From NCBI GenBank assembly GCA_001275005.1, contig JWZX01002042.1, forward strand, positions 1 through 32,641: a stretch of DNA of 32,641 nucleotides, written 5' to 3'. The notes under the pieces were generated by a model. The model was given only the letters and a program-made list of their open reading frames with translations, did not search any database and was not told the DNA's origin. This stretch comes from Chrysochromulina tobinii. Its lineage: Eukaryota. This document shows positions 20,063 to 32,641 of the stretch, one piece after another. A program made the position numbers and the translations under genes. The number at the start of each line of letters is the position of its first letter. The first letter of the stretch is position 1.

Positions 20063-21234
20063 ATGCGGACTGTCGCTCTTCTCCTCCTTCCTATCGTCTC
20101 AGCGCTGCAGATCGGCAGTCCAAGATGCGACTCGGCAGTGAGGGCACGTACGCCCGTGATGGCAAGCCCAGCGGCTTTTGATGGCAGTCTGGTGCCCGCT
20201 GGGAAATCGTCACCTGGGATGGCCATCCTCTTCGGTGCGTGCTTCGCAGAGTTCCCAAGTGCAGGGTTCGTGAAGAGTGCCGCCCACAGATGGCCGTCCG
20301 ATTCCCGCTCCCATGCTTAGACTGCGACGGCGTCCTCGCGGACACGGAGCGCGATGGCCACCGCGTGAGTTTCAACAAGGTCTTCGCGGAGCGCGGCTTC
20401 GGCTTCGAGTGGGGCGTCGAGGAGTACGGTAGGCTGTGCGAGGTCGGCGGCGGCAAGGAGCGGATCACAGCGTACATGAACGCAAACGGCTGCTGGCCAG
20501 CTGACTGCAGGAATCCGACGACGACGGACCTGACCGGTCCTAAGGGTCTGCCCCTCGATCCAACGCGCCTCGCCCTCGTCTCCGAATGCCACAAGCGCAA
20601 GACAAAGCTCTTCCAAGAGCTCATCGGTTCGGGAGTGGTGCCGCTGCGGCCGGGCGTCCTACGGATCGTGGACGAGGCGATCGCGGCCGACGTTCCGCTC
20701 GCCGTTTGCTCCACGAGCAATGAGGACGCGGTGCGCACCCTCATCACGACACTCATGGGCGACGAGCGCGCAGCCAAGTTCTCGTTCTTCTGCGGCGACT
20801 GCGTGCCCAACAAGAAGCCCAAGCCGGACGTGTACAACTTGGCATCGAAGACGATGGGCCTCGACAAGTCGGAGTGCATCGTGGTCGAGGACTCCGGCAT
20901 TGGGACTAAGGCGGCGAAGGCGGCAGGCATGCCTTTGCCACGTCACCGCTGAGCCTGATTCCCACTCCTGGTCTCTGAGTGTCTCTGATGAATGCCCCTG
21001 ACTGCAGGCATGACCTGCCTCGTGACGATGAGCACTTACACGGCTGACGACGACTTTAGCGGCGCCGACCGGATCGTATCGGAGCTTGGGGAGCCCGGCA
21101 GCAAGCTGTGCGTCACGCTCGCCGACATGCGCGCGCTGCTCCGATCAGCTGACGTCGTCGGTACGGTGGTGCCCACGAGCGGCTCCAGCGTGGTCGCGCC
21201 CACAAGCGAGGTCGCGCCCACGACAAAGTTCTGA
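20063..21234 (+). CDS. cbbY: Plastid-targeted CbbY-family HAD phosphatase (xylulose-1,5-bisphosphate phosphatase-like), 3 exons
   Basis: Exons 20063-20234, 20321-20926 and 21008-21234. Signal/transit peptide, AILF|DCDGVLADTERDGHR, GGGKER, KKPKPDVY, VVEDSGIG, AAG|MTCLVTMSTYTADDDFSGAD. Intron 2 is GC-AG. Confidence 0.9.
20927..21007 (+). other. GC-AG intron (81 nt) with a 9-nt flanking direct repeat
   Basis: GCAGGCATG at 20923-20931 and 21004-21012. Internal GAGTGTCTCT/GAATGCCCCT units and an in-frame TGA at 20950. Confidence 0.8.
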
Positions 21235-21736
21235 CGCGTGAGTCGCCACGGGCACGCGTAGTACGCGGTACGTTAAGTCAAAAAAATTAGACTGAGTCCC
21301 TCGCGCGCACAGATCCTGTCAGAAGTGTCTTCTGTCTCGCTCGCGACCGATCGCGCGCCGGGCTCGTGATTTACTCGTGCTCCGGACCACGACCCGACCT
21401 ACGAGGGGACCTACCGATGTCATGCATCAACGCGCATGTCAACGGTTGTCTCAAACGCACTCGCACTCGGCATTCCCGATTCCCCATCGAATTGATTTTT
21501 ATATTAACGAGGGCGCGCGCCGGCAAGGGATTCCTTAGTGACGTGTCGACCCGTAAACCTGCCGTAAAACGCCGGCTCCGGCCGCCAGTTAACCCCTGTT
21601 GCCGGCGGCGCCCTCGTTAGATGAAAAATCAATTTCGGATTGTTTTCTGTTCTGGGTATTGAAACAAACTCGGCAAGTTGATCAGTATCCGATCGGCTAT
21701 CGGTATCGCGGCGGTTTCGCCTTTCGACGTTTCGTC

Positions 21737-21843
21737 TTTCGATGCATCGGTTAATCCCTGGTCGCTAACCTCCGTATCGCGCCTCAACCGTTAATGCTTA
21801 ATGACCCCCCGACTACAACATTTTCGATGCATCGGTTAATCCC
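21737..21843. repeat. 22-nt direct repeat pair with an internal palindrome in intergenic DNA
   Basis: TTTCGATGCATCGGTTAATCCC at 21737-21758 and 21822-21843. Confidence 0.9.
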
Positions 21844-21984
21844 GATTAACGCCTCCGCACGGCACCGGCTACAACATTACAGCTCCACGCTACCTCTGTA
21901 AGCTCTCGGTCCTAGTACGCTCTACGGTTCGAATCTACGGTATTGTACTGTGGTACGGGGCAGATGTGGCCCAAAGATGGGGCC

Positions 21985-23424
21985 TCACTGAAAAGTTGGT
22001 GCGTGCGCGCGTAGTGCTGTCCGTTTTTCATGTAGTTGCAGGTTGGGCTTGACATATTGCACGAGAGGACCGCGTCGCACCCCCTTTGGTTTCTGCGCAA
22101 TCTTGTCCGCGTCCCCTTCGCAAGGCTCTTCGCATTCGCGCCTGCGATTTTGCGCGCCAGCGAAGACGAATCCAGCATAGTCGAGGTTCTGGCGCACCTC
22201 TTCTTCGCGCTTCGAAAGGCCCGCCGGCCGCGCAGGACGCGCTTCTTCGACTGCCAGGGCATCTTGCACTGCCCTCCATTCGCGCAGTTTGGTCGTCTCC
22301 CACACCTGCGGGGGATGACGGGGGATGACCTCGCGCGGCGCGTCAAACTGCGTGTTGCGATGCAAATGATGAACCCCTTCGCGCCTTTGAGGCGCCCAGA
22401 CCTCGGCCTTCCGTTCGGCCTCGGTCGTTGGGATGAAGACACCGCCGAGCTGTTTCGAGACAAAGTCCACTCGGGCCTCGGGCACTCCATTGCGAATTTT
22501 CCACCTCTTGCGCAGCTCCGCAAGTTTCCTGGCGAACGCCGGGTCGAGCCCCAGCGTCGGATCGGCCGCTGAGCGCGCACTTGCCGGTCGTTTGCGTTGC
22601 AGACGCTGATACGCCGCGTAGATGGTCGCTGGACGGTCGTTGGACGGGGGAGGACGCGGCTGTGGCACGAGCTTGCCAGTTGCAGTGAGTGGCGGCTGTG
22701 GCGGCGGTGGCCTGCTCGTCTGTGGAGGCTGTGCTGACTTTGCCGGTTGTGGTATACCCGTCTGTGTCGGTTGTGCCGGTTGTGCCGGCTGTGTCGGCTG
22801 TGCCGGCGGTGCCGGCTGTGGCGGTTGTGGCCTCCCCGTCGGCGTAGGTTGTGGTTCCTGGTTCGGTTGTGGCCTGCCCGTCTGCGTAGGTTGGGGTTGC
22901 TGTGGCGGCTGTGGCTTGTCCGTCTGCCGTGGCTGTGTCGGCTGTGGCTGCCGCTGCCGTTCTGAGTCCGAAGCCGAGCTGCTCGTTCGTGCCGACGCTG
23001 GTCGCCTCGTAGAGTGAAAGCGAGGTGGCTCGCGGTGCGACGGAGGCTGCGGTGCAAAAAATGCTGGCGCATCCCGATACCAGGTCTCGCCATCGTATCG
23101 CGGGTGGTTTGTTCCCATCGACGAGAAGAGCGTCGCGCGTGCTGATTGTGGACGCCGAACTGGCCGTTCGGCCAGAGGAGGCGGCGGCGGAGGATCTTTC
23201 TCATAGTAGCGCGCCCATAGCATCGAGCGTGGAAGTGGCTGCGAGGCTGCGTTTTCTAGATCCTCGGGCCGCTGGTCTGGCCAATCGCCCGGAGTGTTGG
23301 CCCGATAGATAGCTGCCGACGGGCCACGCATCACGTCCTGACCGGACGGCATGGCCGGCCTTTGGTGCACGACTCGTGTCGGCTCGGCAAATGCAGACGG
23401 TGACCGGCTTTTTGTGCGTTTCAT
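21985..23424 (-). CDS. Hypothetical protein with a Pro/Gln-rich repeat region (QPTQ/QPAQ, RPASAR motifs)
   Basis: Long ORF, first ATG at 23424. No recognised domain. Confidence 0.65.
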   Translation of the reverse strand: MKRTKSRSPSAFAEPTRVVHQRPAMPSGQDVMRGPSAAIYRANTPGDWPDQRPEDLENAASQPLPRSMLWARYYEKDPPPPPPLAERPVRRPQSARATLFSSMGTNHPRYDGETWYRDAPAFFAPQPPSHREPPRFHSTRRPASARTSSSASDSERQRQPQPTQPRQTDKPQPPQQPQPTQTGRPQPNQEPQPTPTGRPQPPQPAPPAQPTQPAQPAQPTQTGIPQPAKSAQPPQTSRPPPPQPPLTATGKLVPQPRPPPSNDRPATIYAAYQRLQRKRPASARSAADPTLGLDPAFARKLAELRKRWKIRNGVPEARVDFVSKQLGGVFIPTTEAERKAEVWAPQRREGVHHLHRNTQFDAPREVIPRHPPQVWETTKLREWRAVQDALAVEEARPARPAGLSKREEEVRQNLDYAGFVFAGAQNRRRECEEPCEGDADKIAQKPKGVRRGPLVQYVKPNLQLHEKRTALRAHAPTFQ

Positions 23425-23599
23425 TTTCCTTTCCACTTTAGCGCGTCAAGACGCATATCGCCTCAAGACCGGTGTGAACATTCGCTAAGCGACGGGGGAA
23501 AAGCTTATTCCGAAGAACAAGTGAACTGAGAGCGATCGCGCCCTCGCAGCCTCAATCGCTGCAGGCTACCGCACGGCCCGCACGACAGGCTACCGCAGG

Positions 23600-26089
23600 C
23601 TACCGCACCGACGCCATGCTCACTGCCGTTCCACCCGTGAATGGAGCGGGCGCCGTTGTGCCAAACCAAGAGAGGGGCCTCTCGCTCGTCGATGCGACGC
23701 TGCGCGCGACGGCGGCCGCGGCGGTCGCGGCGGCGCTGGACTTTCGTGCCGAGGCCGCGTGGGCGCTCTCCGCCTGCTCAATGAGCGAGGTCGCCTGCGC
23801 GGTAGCCGCGCGCCGCGCCGCAAGCACCTGCATCGCTCCCTGATGGCTCGCCTCCGCGTCCTCGCCCTGCAATCGAGCCTCATCGGCCTCTGCTGCTACG
23901 ACCGCCTCGGCGAGGGCGATCGCATGCTCGGACGCCGCCAGCGCCTCTAGATGCGCCGCGCGGGCGAGCTCTTCCGCACGCTCGGCGACTGCGCGCCTCG
24001 CGGCCGCCCCTCGTGCCGCGCTCGCCGCCTTCTCGACCGCGAGCGCGTGCGCGGCCGCCGCCTCCTCCGCCGCTCGCCACTCCGCCGCCACGAGCTTGCG
24101 CTGCGCCGCGCTCGCCTCATCGAGATGCTTCGCGGCCTCGATCTTGGCCAGAGCCTCCGTATGCGCCCTCGCCGCACTCTCACGCGCGGCGCTGACCTTG
24201 GCCTCGAGAAGGGCGGCGCGTGCCGCATGCGCGGCACCCGTGCGCAGCAGCGCCGCCTGTGCCTCGCGGGATCTGCGCTCGACGGCACGCTCAACGGCCA
24301 CACGCTCCGCCGCCGCGCGCTTGGCTGCCTCCGCAGCTCGCTCCGCGTGGAACTTCTTCTCATCCGCCGCGGCGCGAGACGAGATCACCTTCAGGGGCGC
24401 CTGGCGCTTCTGCTCCGGCGCAAAGAGCCATGGAGACGGCGTCTTGTCACTCGCGAGAGCCGCCACCGAAGCAGCCGTCGAGTTGGCATCCGCACTGGCG
24501 CGTGTGATGACGCCACCGAGTCCAGGTCCGCGTTCGGCGGTAGAGGCGGAGCTTCCGCTGCGCCGTCGCAGGTCCGCCGCCTCCTTTTGCATCAGCAGCA
24601 CCTTGTCAGTCGCTTCCTGCGCCTCCTTCTCTTTGGCGAGCTCGCGAGCCTTCGCCTCCTCGACTGCGCCCTGAGCCTTGGCAGCAACTTCCCGTGCGCG
24701 GGCCGCCGCACGCCGCGCGACGCCGAGCTTCACCTCGGTGTTCGAGACGCTCGCCACCGCCGCTCGGGCCTGCGCCGTCTCAAATCTCGTGGCCGCAGGC
24801 TTGGGCTTGGGCGCCGCCAGGCCAGCTACCGGTAGCTTCGCCGGCGGCGGCTCGGCAGCGGGCCTCGTCGCCGCCGCGTCGGCCATCAGCGGGTCCGTCG
24901 CCGTGAGTTTGGGCGACGACGCTGTTCCCCTGCTTTCAGGGCCCACGACTGGGCCGACGGTGGAGGCAACGGCCTTCACCGACGGCTCGCCGACCTCTGG
25001 CCTCGCCTTGGACGCAGTGGCCGGTGGCCGGGGCGACGAGGGTGACGAGAGCGCCATTCTCTTTCGCTCGTCGAGTTGAGCGACGCGCCCTTCACACGTA
25101 ATCGCGGTGCGCTCGAGCGCCTCCGCCTGAAGCTCGCACGCCTCGCGCGCGCGCGTCGCGAGCTTCAGGGCGCTGAAGCTGATGCGGCGCGCCTCGATCG
25201 CCATGCGCAGCCCTTCAATGGTCGCCTTGCGCTTTGCCTCTCGTTCGGTCGCGATCGCCACGTCCAGCTGCGCTTGAGAGGCCGCGTGACGCGCGCTCAC
25301 CAAGCGCTGCTTGGCTTTCTCCTCGACGCTCATCTTCTCGTGTACGCGAACCGCGTCCTCTGCCGCCGCCTGTGCGGCCACAGCTCGGCCGCGCTCGCTC
25401 GCCTCGAAACCACGTCGCCGCTCCGCCTTCGCTTCTGTCTCGATGCCACGTGCTACCGAGCCCGCCGAGCGCACTGCGAGCTCGGCCTCGTCGATGCGCG
25501 CGGCCGCAATCTTGTGGGTCGACTCTCGTTGCGTGAGTATCGCCTGCGAGCGTGCAGCCCCCTCGACGAGGTTGTGCTCACGCGCCGCCTCGGCCTCCGC
25601 CAGCATCTGCAACTGCGCGGCCTCATCGCCCGACTCACGCGCCTCGATGGCCGCCTTTAAGGACGCGGTGGCGAGCTCGCTCGATCGCTCGTCCTTGGTC
25701 CGAGCCACCTCAGCAGCATGTGCTGCGCTCTCGCGCGAGGCGAGCACGAGTGCGCGCGCCTTACGCAGGCCCGCTGTGCGGGCAGCCTTGGCCTGGTCAA
25801 CGGCCGAGGCGGCCGCCTGTACCGACACCGCGACGAAGCTGTCTTTGGATGCCCGCATGCCGTCCGCCAGTTCCCGCGCGCGTCGCTCCATCTCCAGCGC
25901 GGCTGCGCTCTCCGAAAAGAGCCGCTGCATCTCCATCGCTCCGTACGTGGCAGCGGTCGAGGCGGCCAGTACTTGAGGATGCGGCACCGTAGGCGCCGCG
26001 TGCATGAAGAGCGGAACACTTACACTTGGCAAGTAGCTGTATGGCGCCACGTAGATCGCGTGACTCATCGGCGGAGGGGTGGGAAGCAT
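23600..26089 (-). CDS. Hypothetical Ala/Glu/Arg-rich coiled-coil protein (829 aa)
   Basis: Uninterrupted 2.5-kb ORF with long helical low-complexity composition. Confidence 0.75.
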   Translation of the reverse strand: MLPTPPPMSHAIYVAPYSYLPSVSVPLFMHAAPTVPHPQVLAASTAATYGAMEMQRLFSESAAALEMERRARELADGMRASKDSFVAVSVQAAASAVDQAKAARTAGLRKARALVLASRESAAHAAEVARTKDERSSELATASLKAAIEARESGDEAAQLQMLAEAEAAREHNLVEGAARSQAILTQRESTHKIAAARIDEAELAVRSAGSVARGIETEAKAERRRGFEASERGRAVAAQAAAEDAVRVHEKMSVEEKAKQRLVSARHAASQAQLDVAIATEREAKRKATIEGLRMAIEARRISFSALKLATRAREACELQAEALERTAITCEGRVAQLDERKRMALSSPSSPRPPATASKARPEVGEPSVKAVASTVGPVVGPESRGTASSPKLTATDPLMADAAATRPAAEPPPAKLPVAGLAAPKPKPAATRFETAQARAAVASVSNTEVKLGVARRAAARAREVAAKAQGAVEEAKARELAKEKEAQEATDKVLLMQKEAADLRRRSGSSASTAERGPGLGGVITRASADANSTAASVAALASDKTPSPWLFAPEQKRQAPLKVISSRAAADEKKFHAERAAEAAKRAAAERVAVERAVERRSREAQAALLRTGAAHAARAALLEAKVSAARESAARAHTEALAKIEAAKHLDEASAAQRKLVAAEWRAAEEAAAAHALAVEKAASAARGAAARRAVAERAEELARAAHLEALAASEHAIALAEAVVAAEADEARLQGEDAEASHQGAMQVLAARRAATAQATSLIEQAESAHAASARKSSAAATAAAAVARSVASTSERPLSWFGTTAPAPFTGGTAVSMASVR

Positions 26090-26418
26090 TTGAAAACGTC
26101 AGGTGGTGAGGTGGTCACGACTGGCGTCTTCTCGTCGATACTAGCCGGTGGACGGGTGGTGGCTCGTGCGCGCAGCGCGTTCATTCACACGCTGATTCGT
26201 TTCCCAATCTCCGCCGGGCATCAAACTTCAGAACGGGTTTCCGACGAACCCATGGGGCCCTATTAGTCCGGCACTCAATTACCGATCTCACGGAATCTCG
26301 ACGCGTCGTCCCGTGTTTGTAACCTGTGGACTTCAGGTTAGTCGCTCGGTAGTGCTCAGGGCGCGGCGACGCCACGACTCCGCCTGCAACCGCCTGACAC
26401 CACCGCAGCCCGCTCATC

Positions 26419-27609
26419 ATGCCCATGGCCGTGATTGGCGTTGTGCTCCTAGCCATGCCACATGCGTCGCTGGTCGCGCATGTGGCTCAGACAAACTGGT
26501 CAAACATGGACAGTCGCTTGTCGTTGCGGGCGCAGCAGACGATCATCGCTAATGAGTGGTGGTGCGCACAGCCCGAGCCAGGGCGCAACGCGTCACTTGC
26601 GTGCCGCCGGCACACGCTGCGGCGGCTCTACGCGGCGAGCGCCGAGAATCCTGGGCGCACGGAGATACGCATGCAAATCTCAGAGATGGTCATGGATGCT
26701 GGCGAGGCCGCCCTAAGCGCGATGCGATCCGACACGAAGGAGATGCTGCGGCAATTCTGCTCGATTGAGAGCAACGCGCTGCTCGAGGTGTGCACCAGTG
26801 GGTCGTCCGATGCGGTGGCAGGCCGGCCAAATAGGCGCCGGATGCACAGCAAGAATCGGAGGCTTGGGCGTGGCGGAGGCGGCGGCAAGAGAGGTAGCGG
26901 GCGCGGTAGCGGGCGCGGGAACGGGCGCAAGGGTATGGCGCAGCTGTGGACGCCAGAGACGCTCCAATGGCTGCGCACCTGGTGGTGTGCCGAACGGACC
27001 CACGCGCGAGAGCCTCGGTGCTCCCGCGGCGTGCGCTGGACGCGGCAGCAGCCCGGCCTCAGTGCGATGCGGCGGCTCTACTGTGCGAGCTCAGAACGCG
27101 GGGGAGCCCACGTCGCCAAGCTGTGCCTTGGAGCACCGGGCGTCGCGCCCGCTGTCGTGGGCTTGTCGCGCAGCGAGCGCCGGACAGCTCTCCCCGCCCT
27201 CGCCAAGAATGCGGCCGCCCTTGTGCATGGGCGGCCACGTCGCTGGATCCGACCAGGCACCGCCAGCAAGATCATCATCGCGTTGCTCGTGCTCGCCGGT
27301 GCCTCCTTTGGGTGGATGATCTCGCGTGCGTGGGCGCGCCGGGCGGCCCGCGCCACAGCCGCTGCTGCGGTGGCACCGCATCGGACGCACGCTTGCTGCT
27401 TCTACTTCCTCTCGCCGAGCCGCTCGCGCGCCGTCGTGGGCCCATCGCGCGCGGTCGACCCTGCCCATGTGATGGTCGCCGAAGAGTTTGTCGTCGGCGC
27501 TCCCTGCGCACGCAAGCGCAGTAAGCGAGCGCGGACGGGCAGCCCTGCCTTTTTAGCCGCCGAGGGCCAACTTCATCAACTGACAGATATCAGTGGGCAG
27601 TTGAAGTAG
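26419..27609 (+). CDS. Putative type-I membrane protein with four paired-Cys repeats
   Basis: Signal peptide MPMAVIGVVLLAMPHA. Repeats EWWC..C, RQFC..C, TWWC..C, RLYC..C. TM segment IIIALLVLAGASFGWMI. Confidence 0.6.
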   Translation: MPMAVIGVVLLAMPHASLVAHVAQTNWSNMDSRLSLRAQQTIIANEWWCAQPEPGRNASLACRRHTLRRLYAASAENPGRTEIRMQISEMVMDAGEAALSAMRSDTKEMLRQFCSIESNALLEVCTSGSSDAVAGRPNRRRMHSKNRRLGRGGGGGKRGSGRGSGRGNGRKGMAQLWTPETLQWLRTWWCAERTHAREPRCSRGVRWTRQQPGLSAMRRLYCASSERGGAHVAKLCLGAPGVAPAVVGLSRSERRTALPALAKNAAALVHGRPRRWIRPGTASKIIIALLVLAGASFGWMISRAWARRAARATAAAAVAPHRTHACCFYFLSPSRSRAVVGPSRAVDPAHVMVAEEFVVGAPCARKRSKRARTGSPAFLAAEGQLHQLTDISGQLK

Positions 27610-27755
27610 GCAGGTTGGCAACGAACTAGGTTTACGCATTCACCGAGTACGCGGCACGGCTTACGCTTTCCGGCGAGGCCTGGGGTCAACGAAGGTTACG
27701 GTATGGCTCAAGTTTCCCGGCTAGTTCGCGTCGGCGGGCGGCAGGATTTGCAGTA

Positions 27756-29168
27756 TTATTTCGCCACTCTCTGCGCGCCCGATAGTAAGAAGGCGTTCCG
27801 GTTTATTAGTATTAACAAGGAGCTCAGCGTATGCTTCATGGAATCCTGGTCCGGATCGTCGGGCTCTGCAGGGTGCCCGTGGCGTCTTTCCAGATGAGGC
27901 GATTGAGCCTCGCCTCGACGGACGGTGAGACCGGCCGAAGTCCGCCGAACGCGCGCGGATCGGGCGACCACGAGCTCGACGTGGCGCTCGACTTCGCGCT
28001 GATTGGCCGTGGGGTGCACCTCACGCACACACACTCGGCTCCGAGGCACCCGAGACCACAGTGTGAGCTCGTGTCGGAGGCAATCTCGGAGTATATCTCG
28101 GAGCCGGGCGGCGAGGGAAGCGGCGAGGGAAGCGGCGAGCACTGCAGCGGGCCGATGGCTCGACGGCCGCGCCTCATCCTCGGCGCGCCACCGCTCGGCC
28201 ATTGCATGCATCTCGGCCCGCCGTGCGCTCGCGCTGCCCCAAGCGCTCGCGCTGTACCGAGCGCTAGCGCCGTCTCGGGCGCTCGCGCTGCTCCGAGGAC
28301 TCACGCCGTCCCGGGCGCTCGCGCTGCCCCAAGCGCTCGCGCCGTCCCGGGCGCGCGCGCTGCTCCGAGGGCTCGCAGCTCGCGGGCTACACGACAGAGG
28401 GCTCATCGACTGGGCGCTCGAGACGACGCTCGGCACGGCGCTCGGCACGGCGCTCGCGCGCGAGCTCGAACCTCCGGAGTGGAGGCTGCTCGGAGAGGTC
28501 CGTCCGCTCGACACGGCGCTCGTGCTCATCGAGCTTAGAGTGCTCATCGTGTCTTCATAGTACACGGCGTCGTGCAGCTCGCGCTTGCGACGCCGCTCGA
28601 GGGCGTCGTCGAGGTGCTTCATGCGCTCGTTCAGGTCACGCTCATTGTAGCGCGAGTCAGCCTGCCACATTTCGAGAAGGCGGCACAGAGCTGAGTCCAT
28701 GGTAGGAGCTCAGCGAGAGAGCCTGAGGCCGAGCCTGAGGCCGGGGTCGTGAGTAGATGCAGAGGGCCGTGAACCCTCCTCCGTGCTCACCTGAGCTACG
28801 CGCTCCTGAAGTTTCTGAGCCTGATTGATCCGAACTTGAACACTCTGCTCCATGATGCGGTCGATCTTGGCGCCATTGGCTCGGAGCCGAGCCATCTCGT
28901 CCTCGTGCCGTTCTTGTTTGCGCATCTCGCGAGCCAGGCGCATGGACTCGGCGAGCTGCCGTTTCTCACACGTGACGCTGAGCCTGGCAATCCTCGGAGA
29001 CCTGATTCTAGAAGATGTTTGTGATAAGGCCGACTCTGAGGAGGACCGGCGCATACTGGCCACGGGTGAACCCAGCACTTCGCTTTGCTCCCTATGGTAC
29101 CACCATGTGCCGTGGTCCCCAGCATTGTCGTCGCAGTGGACGGCCACCAAAGGTCCGCGTCGAGACAT
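27756..29168 (-). CDS. Hypothetical coiled-coil and Ser-rich protein, probably two ORFs joined by intron 28790-28662
   Basis: CAG|GTGAGC donor at 28790 and TGGCAG|GCT acceptor give an in-frame RVAQ|ADSRYNER join that continues the coiled coil. Contains ARDGASA repeats. Start and 3' end are uncertain. Confidence 0.5.
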
Positions 29169-29693
29169 TGGACGTGTGGATGCCGACAGTGCGCCGAATC
29201 TTCGCATTTTGAGGAATTTGAGGAATTTGATTTCGCACCCACTAAATTTCTCATCAAGCATTTGAAAGTCCCTTTGCAGAGTTCAAAACATCGGGAAAGC
29301 GGGGACACACTCCATGTATAAAAGATGACGCAGACTTCCACCTTGTTCAGAGTGACCGGTTCATCTACATCTTCGACATCGGACCATGCATCGGACATGC
29401 AAACATCTGCGAGAATGGGGATGATGGTCGATGTTTACGTTATTCTTCAGATCTTCACGAGCCTCGTACCAGAGGTACGGCTCGGCGGCGCTCAGTCCGG
29501 CTCACGTCACGCGGGCTTCGCACCGACGTCGACGTGCCACACGCGTGCACGAATCCTAACCACACTGAGAAACTAGTGTACCTCAGAAGTAACGGCCCCA
29601 GCCCCCATACTCCAAGCGCGGCCCCTCCCTGTCGATATGCTTCCTGCTCGTCGAGGCTCCTTCGAGATCCGTCGGAGCTCACGCCAAAATCGG

Positions 29694-29809
29694 CACGAGA
29701 TCGTCACGAGATCCGTTGGTCGTCGCATGCCCCTCGGGCACCTCGACACGAGATCGTCACGAGATCGTCACGAGATCCGTCGGTCGTCGCATGCCCCTCG
29801 GGCACCTCG
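29694..29809. repeat. Tandem ~52-63 nt repeat built on an 11-mer (CACGAGATCGT) in the DHFR-TS 3' flank
   Basis: CACGAGATCGTCACGAGATCCGTYGGTCGTCGCATGCCCCTCGGGCACCTCG occurs twice. Confidence 0.85.
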
Positions 29810-29851
29810 GCATGCGCGCACCGCCACTCATAAGCGGCTGCGCACCTCGCC

Positions 29852-31942
<2,091 letters not shown>

Positions 31943-32366
31943 CGTCTTTCGCACGGTTGTCTTGGCGCCTTCGACCTCGTTCACACCCAATCGGCGCGAA
32001 AAAAGGACAAAGGAGTCAAGGGTGAAGGGAGGCAGAGCCGAGCCCTCCCAGACCACACAATGCAACGCCCCTCACACACGACCTCCCACACGTTTTCACC
32101 TGTGAGCGGGCAGTAACAGTGCCGTAGCACCGGTTGTCGTCTGTCGCGTCCGGTCGTGTTAACGTGTTCACACACTCGACACTGACAGGCGTACCTCGTG
32201 CCCAGGGGATGCAAGGGGAAATATTAAGTACGATAATTTTGCGGCACGGCGCTGCCTTTTCCGACTCGCAACAAGAATTTGTTCCATCAAGCATCTCGGA
32301 GATCCTCCTCAGTGCCTCCCTCTTCTCTCAGATCCTCCACTGTGCTTGTGGCCACACGCCCCGCGT

Positions 32367-32641
32367 TCACGCCGAGCCGTCAAGCAACTGATCTCGGCGA
32401 TTCGAGCCGTCGCCCGCGCGCAGGATGGGAACGCTGCCCGCGACGACGCTCGCGAGCTCCTCGGAGGCCAATCGCTTGGCCGTTGGCACGAAGAGGAGCG
32501 TCACCAGCATACCGAGCACGCTCACGCCCGCACAGACGAGGTAGACGCCGTCAAGCCCGACGACGTCCATGATCACCTCGAAGCTGGCAGAGCCGATGAG
32601 TGCGCCAACCTTGCCCAAGCCCGCGCACACGCCGAAGCAGG
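32367..32641 (-). CDS. C-terminal part of an MFS transporter, probably of the phosphate:H+ symporter (PHT1/Pho84-like) family, 5'-truncated
   Basis: GVCAGLGKVGALIGSASF (TM11 GxxAxxGKxGA motif) and GVYLVCAGVSVLGMLVTLLFVP (TM12). Confidence 0.7.
   Translation of the reverse strand, partial: CFGVCAGLGKVGALIGSASFEVIMDVVGLDGVYLVCAGVSVLGMLVTLLFVPTAKRLASEELASVVAGSVPILRAGDGSNRRDQLLDGSA

Noticed and set aside
20235..20320. Flanking duplication at cbbY intron 1 (also introns 8169-8301, 3999-4082 and 28662-28790)
   Set aside because: Similarity is no more than the splice consensus, so these were not counted among the repeat-flanked introns.
21737..21843. Mini-CRISPR or snRNA at the 22-nt repeat pair
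   Set aside because: There are only two copies with a 63-nt gap, and I recognised no U-snRNA or tRNA signature.
31943..32065. Upstream ATG extension of DHFR-TS
   Set aside because: It has no DHFR similarity or clear targeting character. ATG 31942 directly precedes the domain, though an alternative start cannot be excluded.

Overview
GC-rich, gene-dense eukaryotic nuclear DNA with short spliceosomal introns and proteins carrying bipartite plastid-targeting peptides. It is most consistent with a haptophyte-like alga (inference). About 18 genes are supportable: two edge-truncated MFS transporters, a TPR/GT-like/PhyH/aldo-keto-reductase multidomain gene, a plastid-targeted bTHX(PSRP4)-FAS1 fusion, a SANTA-like membrane protein, a gluconokinase/F-box/FBXO31-like fusion, a 2OG-Fe(II) oxygenase, a DYRK kinase, a histone-fold protein, a plastid CbbY HAD phosphatase, DHFR-TS and several low-complexity hypothetical genes. 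The strongest unexplained signal is in the introns. Eight of 12 predicted introns are bounded by 9-24 nt direct repeats that duplicate the sequence at the splice junction. Many are filled with strand-polarised ~10-bp repeats (GAKKRCCTCT-like), and three are stacks of 2-3 GT..AG units. This looks like an active intron-generating process with variable-length target duplications. All gene models were read by hand, without transcript evidence.
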